From contig NC_092678.1 in NCBI RefSeq assembly GCF_964355755.1, forward strand, positions 3,240,422 to 3,304,421: a stretch of DNA of 64,000 nt. The letters are read 5' to 3'. Of this stretch, positions 60,001 through 64,000 are shown piece after piece. Origin of the DNA: Antedon mediterranea (Eukaryota > Animalia > Echinodermata). Below the pieces are notes generated by a model. The model searched no databases. It worked only from the letters and a program-made list of their open reading frames with translations, and was not told the origin of the DNA. The translations under genes were made by a program, and so were the position numbers. The first letter of the stretch is position 1. Each line of letters starts with the position of its first letter.

Positions 60001-63000
60001 ATTATATTATACCCACTGCTTTACCTGGTGGTACTGTTGACAGTGCCGTAAAAATGAAAAAATTAAGTGGTGCGGTAGTTGCAAGAAAAGGGGACAATCT
60101 CTGTGCAGGCTACAGAGTTGTCGAAGGCCTCTGTCAAAAAGTGGTCAGGTTGAAATCTTACCAACCCTGGTGGCTATAACCCCGGTTGATGGTTATAATT
60201 TGTAACATTTTACAGTTGAAAAGAACTTTATAATATATAGCTTGTGAATGGCAATCTTTGATTACAGTCTAAAAATATTAGGTTCAAAGGGGAGTTGATT
60301 TGCTGCTGTAAGTACGGTCATTGCTGCTCAAATTAACCCCCAGCTCAAACAAGATTAAGTCGTTCAAAATACATAGTGTAGTGTTGTGTCTAAACCAGAA
60401 AAAATCAGATTTAAAATTGTTTAGACTATCTTGATGGATGCAAACCATTGAATAAGGTTAGGTAGGTTGTTAACAAATATTAATATTAGTGAATTATTAG
60501 CAAACATCTAAACCGTGAGTTAGGAAACAACCGGCAATATTGTATACCTTCGTAAATTCTCATCTCGGAATTCCGGGCCAGCACTATTACTTTAAATATC
60601 AAATTCAAACATAAATTAGAAATTACAAAGGACACATGCATGCATACAGTATAAATTCATTTATTTTTATTGATATTGTGAAGAAAATCAAAATATTGAG
60701 AACTGTAGATTTGTACCGTGTAATCATAATTATAGTATTTTTGTAGGTTAATTTGAAATCTTACCTTCGCATATTGTCATCGTTGACCTCCTTAGAGACA
60801 GTCAGATGCGAGAAGACGGCATTCATCTTCTCTTTAAACTGACTTTGGACAACATTCTGTGAATGACCCAATAGTAAAAGCAAATAATAAATGAGTATCT
60901 TTCACTGTGTTTATTACTGTAGGCATACTGCCAACAGGTTGTAAACGTAATGTTAGGGAGACACAGAAAAGAACAGACACTGAACGACATGAGCAATATG
61001 AGCAACTGAATGCAACTGGCATAAAATATATGTCGACATGTGCACAGTTGCTTTGAATTGTGTTGAGTTTCATTCAGTTGAACAGAACTTCAAATCATGT
61101 TGCATGTCCAGTATGGGTAACTGCGACTAGTTACAATCAGTTTCATATCATCACCCTCATCATGCCACTCCTTTGCAGTTATATTCAGCTGCTCGAAAGT
61201 GGACATGAGTGCACCTTGCACAACTAGTTCCTTTCAGTTAAGATCAAATTTGAAATAGTTCTGGTGCAAAATAATCCATATTGATATTAGCAACTGTCTA
61301 GTCCTCAGAGAGGAGGTGTCATAATAAACCACATTATCAATCATGTTTCAGTCTTACCTTAATAATCTTAAAAAATGTCTGCCTGTCATCCTCGTCTACC
61401 AGTCGATCATAGAAGACACGATACACCTCATGCACCCACAAGCGAATGAGCTTCTTAGCTCCTTCATTGCCTGATGGAACACAGTCTGGTTTGATAAGCA
61501 GAATGCCTTGGACAACCCTGGCAAAATCTCGCAAGTTAAACAAGTAGTGTGATTTGGTTGGAGTTGGCAGAAAGTTGGAGATGGATTCAATGTAAACCGC
61601 TGTTGTTGCGTATACCATTATCTAGAAATGAAAATAAAAATAACATCTAATGCTCTGTTTCACTATCAAACTAGTTTGACAAAAAAGGTGTTAAAAAGAT
61701 GTATCCAAATATGGTGGTGATATGCTCAAATATGGTACTGATATGACATCATCAAGTCCATAAAGTTTGATAATGTAGACAGAGCTTAATTTTATATTGT
61801 GATGTGCTTATAAAGTCCTATAATACAAATCAACTCACTCTAGAATATCGTTTCAAACTATTTTCAAATCCTTTGTCAAAATGCCAGTCCATAATAGGAG
61901 CAAAGATGTTCTTCATTGTCTCCTCATCAAATGAATCGATTGTGATGATATTGAAGTGTCGCAAGAAGCGTGATGTCACCGTGTTTCTTCCACCGCCAGG
62001 TGGTCCCATTGCCGACACCATCAAAATATCAATCAGCTGTAAAACGCTTGTGTCTTTACGATCAAACCAATACCCGTGATCAATCCACTGTCGCAATAAC
62101 TCAATTGGGGGCTGAGCGCCATATTTCTCCTTAGCGGGCATGTTCAAGTCATCAACAAAAACAATAAGCTTCTTTCCGATTGGTGGACCATAAGTGCCCT
62201 TCTTTCTTCGGTCCAATTTTGAAAATATAATATCCTGTGTTTGGTTGGCACTTGTCTGCGCAGAGAAGTTCACATTATTTGGAATGTAGTTCTGTGCTGC
62301 AAGATCTAGCAGAAAGTTGTTTGTGATTGCGGACTTGCCTGTGCCGGTTGGACCAACAAAAAGAAGTGGTTTTCCTTGTAACAGAAACTTGCGTAGGAAA
62401 TAGAGCTGTCTCTCGGTTTCTACGGTTTTAATAATAAGCTCATTGACCTATAAAGAAATGGCATAACCCAAGTTAAATTATGTAACTATAGATAGATCTA
62501 AATCAATTTTTATCAATAGATTTTAGACAAAAATTATTTTACAATAGTCAGTAAATTTATAATTAGGTGATACAGTAGAACACTCATTCACAACCTTATT
62601 AAAGGGACACTTCCTGTGAAAGTAACAAGGAAAGATATGTTTCAACACTACAAAGTTCTTATTTACAAATAGCTTAGATCACGATTGTTTTTAGATGTTT
62701 CTCTTACCATAACCTGATGCATGTCATCAGCCTTGAGATGAAGCCAGTGAGAAGTATAAGAAGTGAAGATAAAAACAGCAAGATGAAAATCAAAGAATGA
62801 GAGTGATTAGTTCACAACAAATAGAATAAGAATAAAGAATATAATACCCCTTTCATACCAAAAGCAAAACTCCGGAGACACTCCGGAGTTGACGCCCCGC
62901 TGTTTGGTGTGAAAGGTAAAATCAAGCAACTCCGGAGTTTAAAACTGCGGGGTTGAACAGCTGAACGGAGAGCGAACTGCGGGGACACCCCGGTGTTTTG

Positions 63001-64000
63001 GTGTGAAAGGTACCAACATCAAACTCCGGAGTGTTTCGGGTCAAAAGGTTATCCTCGCAATCAATTATTTATTTAGTTTTATTTTAAAACACTATAAATA
63101 TTTGTAAAAAATATATAGCGGGTCTAGAAAATAATAAGTAGTATAAATAAAACATTATATTACTTCTGAGACTTTTGAAAGTAATTATTAAATTTAAAAT
63201 ATTATTAATTAAAATGATTCTAATGATCGTCGCTATGTAAACAAACAAAATAGAGGGCGACATTTGCAATTTTATTTTATAAACCCCGGTGTTGCTAGGT
63301 TGGTGTGAAAGGGGTATCTCCGGAGTTTCTCGACGTTTTGAATGGTCATAAACCCTGGGGTGTCTCCGGAGACACTCCGGAGTTTTGGTGTGAAAGGGGT
63401 ATTACACTGTGCTAACATACCGTATTGAACAAACCAAAACTTGGCATAGTGGGCTATTGGAAGAATTGGAGTGGTCTAATATTGGAGGAAAATTGGAGTG
63501 GTCTAATATTGGGGCATTGGAGTGGGCTAGCAATTGGGGGCATTGGAGTGGGCTTTATACCAATATGGTATAAAGTTAGTACAAATTTTTCAAGAAGATA
63601 AATAGAAAATATAAAAAGTTTGTGGTGAATAATTAGCAAATAATATAGATTAGATTTTGATAGAAATCTATTCTCATGGCCCATAAAAGTAAAGCATTAA
63701 AAAAGTAGTTTTTATCAATTTTAAAAGCAGTACAACACACATTAAAAGCAAAGGTAAAACAGCAAAATAATTTAGCTCAAATAATCAATTTTAACAGCAA
63801 GTACACACATTAAAAGCAAATGTTTTTTCTGGTTTGAGAAAATTAATTACAAAGAGAAAAGCAAAACAGCAAAATACTTCAACTCAACAATGTATTTCCT
63901 ACCTGTGTTTTAGGACCAAGCTCTGGTTTTTCCACCAGATTTTCCCAAGAAGTCCATGATCCGTAGGTTTTCCGCATGAATACAAAATCATAGACGGACC
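42073..64000 (-). CDS. DNAH3: Axonemal inner-arm dynein heavy chain (DNAH3/7/12 group, most like DNAH3), from the end of AAA2 to the C-terminus; 5' part lies outside the window
   Basis: 35 phase-consistent exons (minus): >64000-63903, 62447-61839, 61621-61358, 60856-60765, 59885-59804, 59587-59449, 59229-59039, 58905-58810, 58691-58500, 58377-58244, 58116-57954, 57365-56952, 56589-56233, 56109-56014, 55791-55687, 55598-55465, 55116-54858, 53646-53206, 52907-52803, 51394-51234, 50819-50648, 50510-50385, 50089-49912, 47543-47467, 47277-46984, 46886-46749, 46637-46377, 45914-45822, 44459-44361, 44198-44016, 43902-43810, 43638-43465, 43100-42990, 42844-42784, 42218-42073. Motifs: GPTGTGKS (AAA3), GIGGSGRQS (AAA4), stalk/[26 protein letters not shown]-terminus [34 protein letters not shown]. 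The family call is firm; the paralog symbol is tentative. Confidence 0.92.
42236..42500 (-). mobile_element. Short LINE 3' remnant with a (TCTTA)n tail in the last dynein intron
   Basis: Minus strand reads [20 protein letters not shown], then AATAAA and TCTTA repeats. Same architecture as 28708-29240. Confidence 0.65.
42845..42989 (-). other. U12-type GT-AG intron of the dynein heavy chain
   Basis: 5' splice site GTATCCTTC and branch-like TCATCCTTAAT about 12 nt before the AG. Confidence 0.85.
45968..46170. repeat. Dispersed SINE-like repeat with related copies at about 51017-51125 (inverted) and 57830-57910
   Basis: Shared ACAGGACAC..AGCT..GTCCTTTGA..TGTCTGGCTGC..CAAATACCA. Confidence 0.65.
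49418..49552. mobile_element. MITE family A copy
   Basis: AGCTCTGTCTACAC at the left end and AGTTTGATAGTGTAGACAGAACTT at the right end. Confidence 0.8.
55183..55325. repeat. Dispersed SINE-like repeat with a related copy at about 27657-27795
   Basis: Shared GGGAATGAGCTGTT..TCATTGCA..GTAGGGT..AGTGGACTGGG. Confidence 0.6.
61652..61787. mobile_element. MITE family A copy
   Basis: GCTCTGTTTCACTATCAAACTAGTTTGAC at the left end and AGTTTGATAATGTAGACAGAGCTT at the right end. Confidence 0.8.
62844..63402. mobile_element. MITE of about 560 bp with TIRs and internal CTCCGGAG / GGTGTGAAAGG repeats
   Basis: TA|ATACCCCTTTCATACCAAAA at the left end and TTTTGGTGTGAAAGGGGTAT|TA at the right end. Confidence 0.8.

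Noticed and set aside
60162-60173. 12-nt AG..GTAAG segment in a dynein intron
   Set aside because: It lacks a pyrimidine tract and adjoins a dispersed repeat also found inverted at about 43235-43305.

Overview
AT-rich, intron-containing animal (invertebrate-like) genomic DNA with three spliced genes. (1) The 3' part of a KDM5/JARID1 histone demethylase (+, 1-7184). (2) A complete ataxin-7/Sgf73 SAGA subunit gene (-, 13856-39898). (3) The 3' part of a DNAH3-like inner-arm axonemal dynein heavy chain (-, 42073-64000). I traced exon chains by hand and all are phase-consistent. ATXN7 and the dynein each contain one minor-spliceosome (U12) intron. Introns and intergenic DNA hold five minisatellite arrays, many MITEs, LINE 3' ends and a decayed pogo/Tigger transposase. 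The most notable signals are: a set of frame-preserving candidate micro/cassette exons in the dynein introns, two of which repeat the terminal peptide of the neighbouring exon using different codons; a candidate alternative first exon of ATXN7 that skips the Sgf73 zinc finger; and two large minisatellites about 23 kb apart in opposite orientation that share a 13-bp core (CCAATATCRGGTA). All alternative exons are sequence-based predictions with no transcript evidence.
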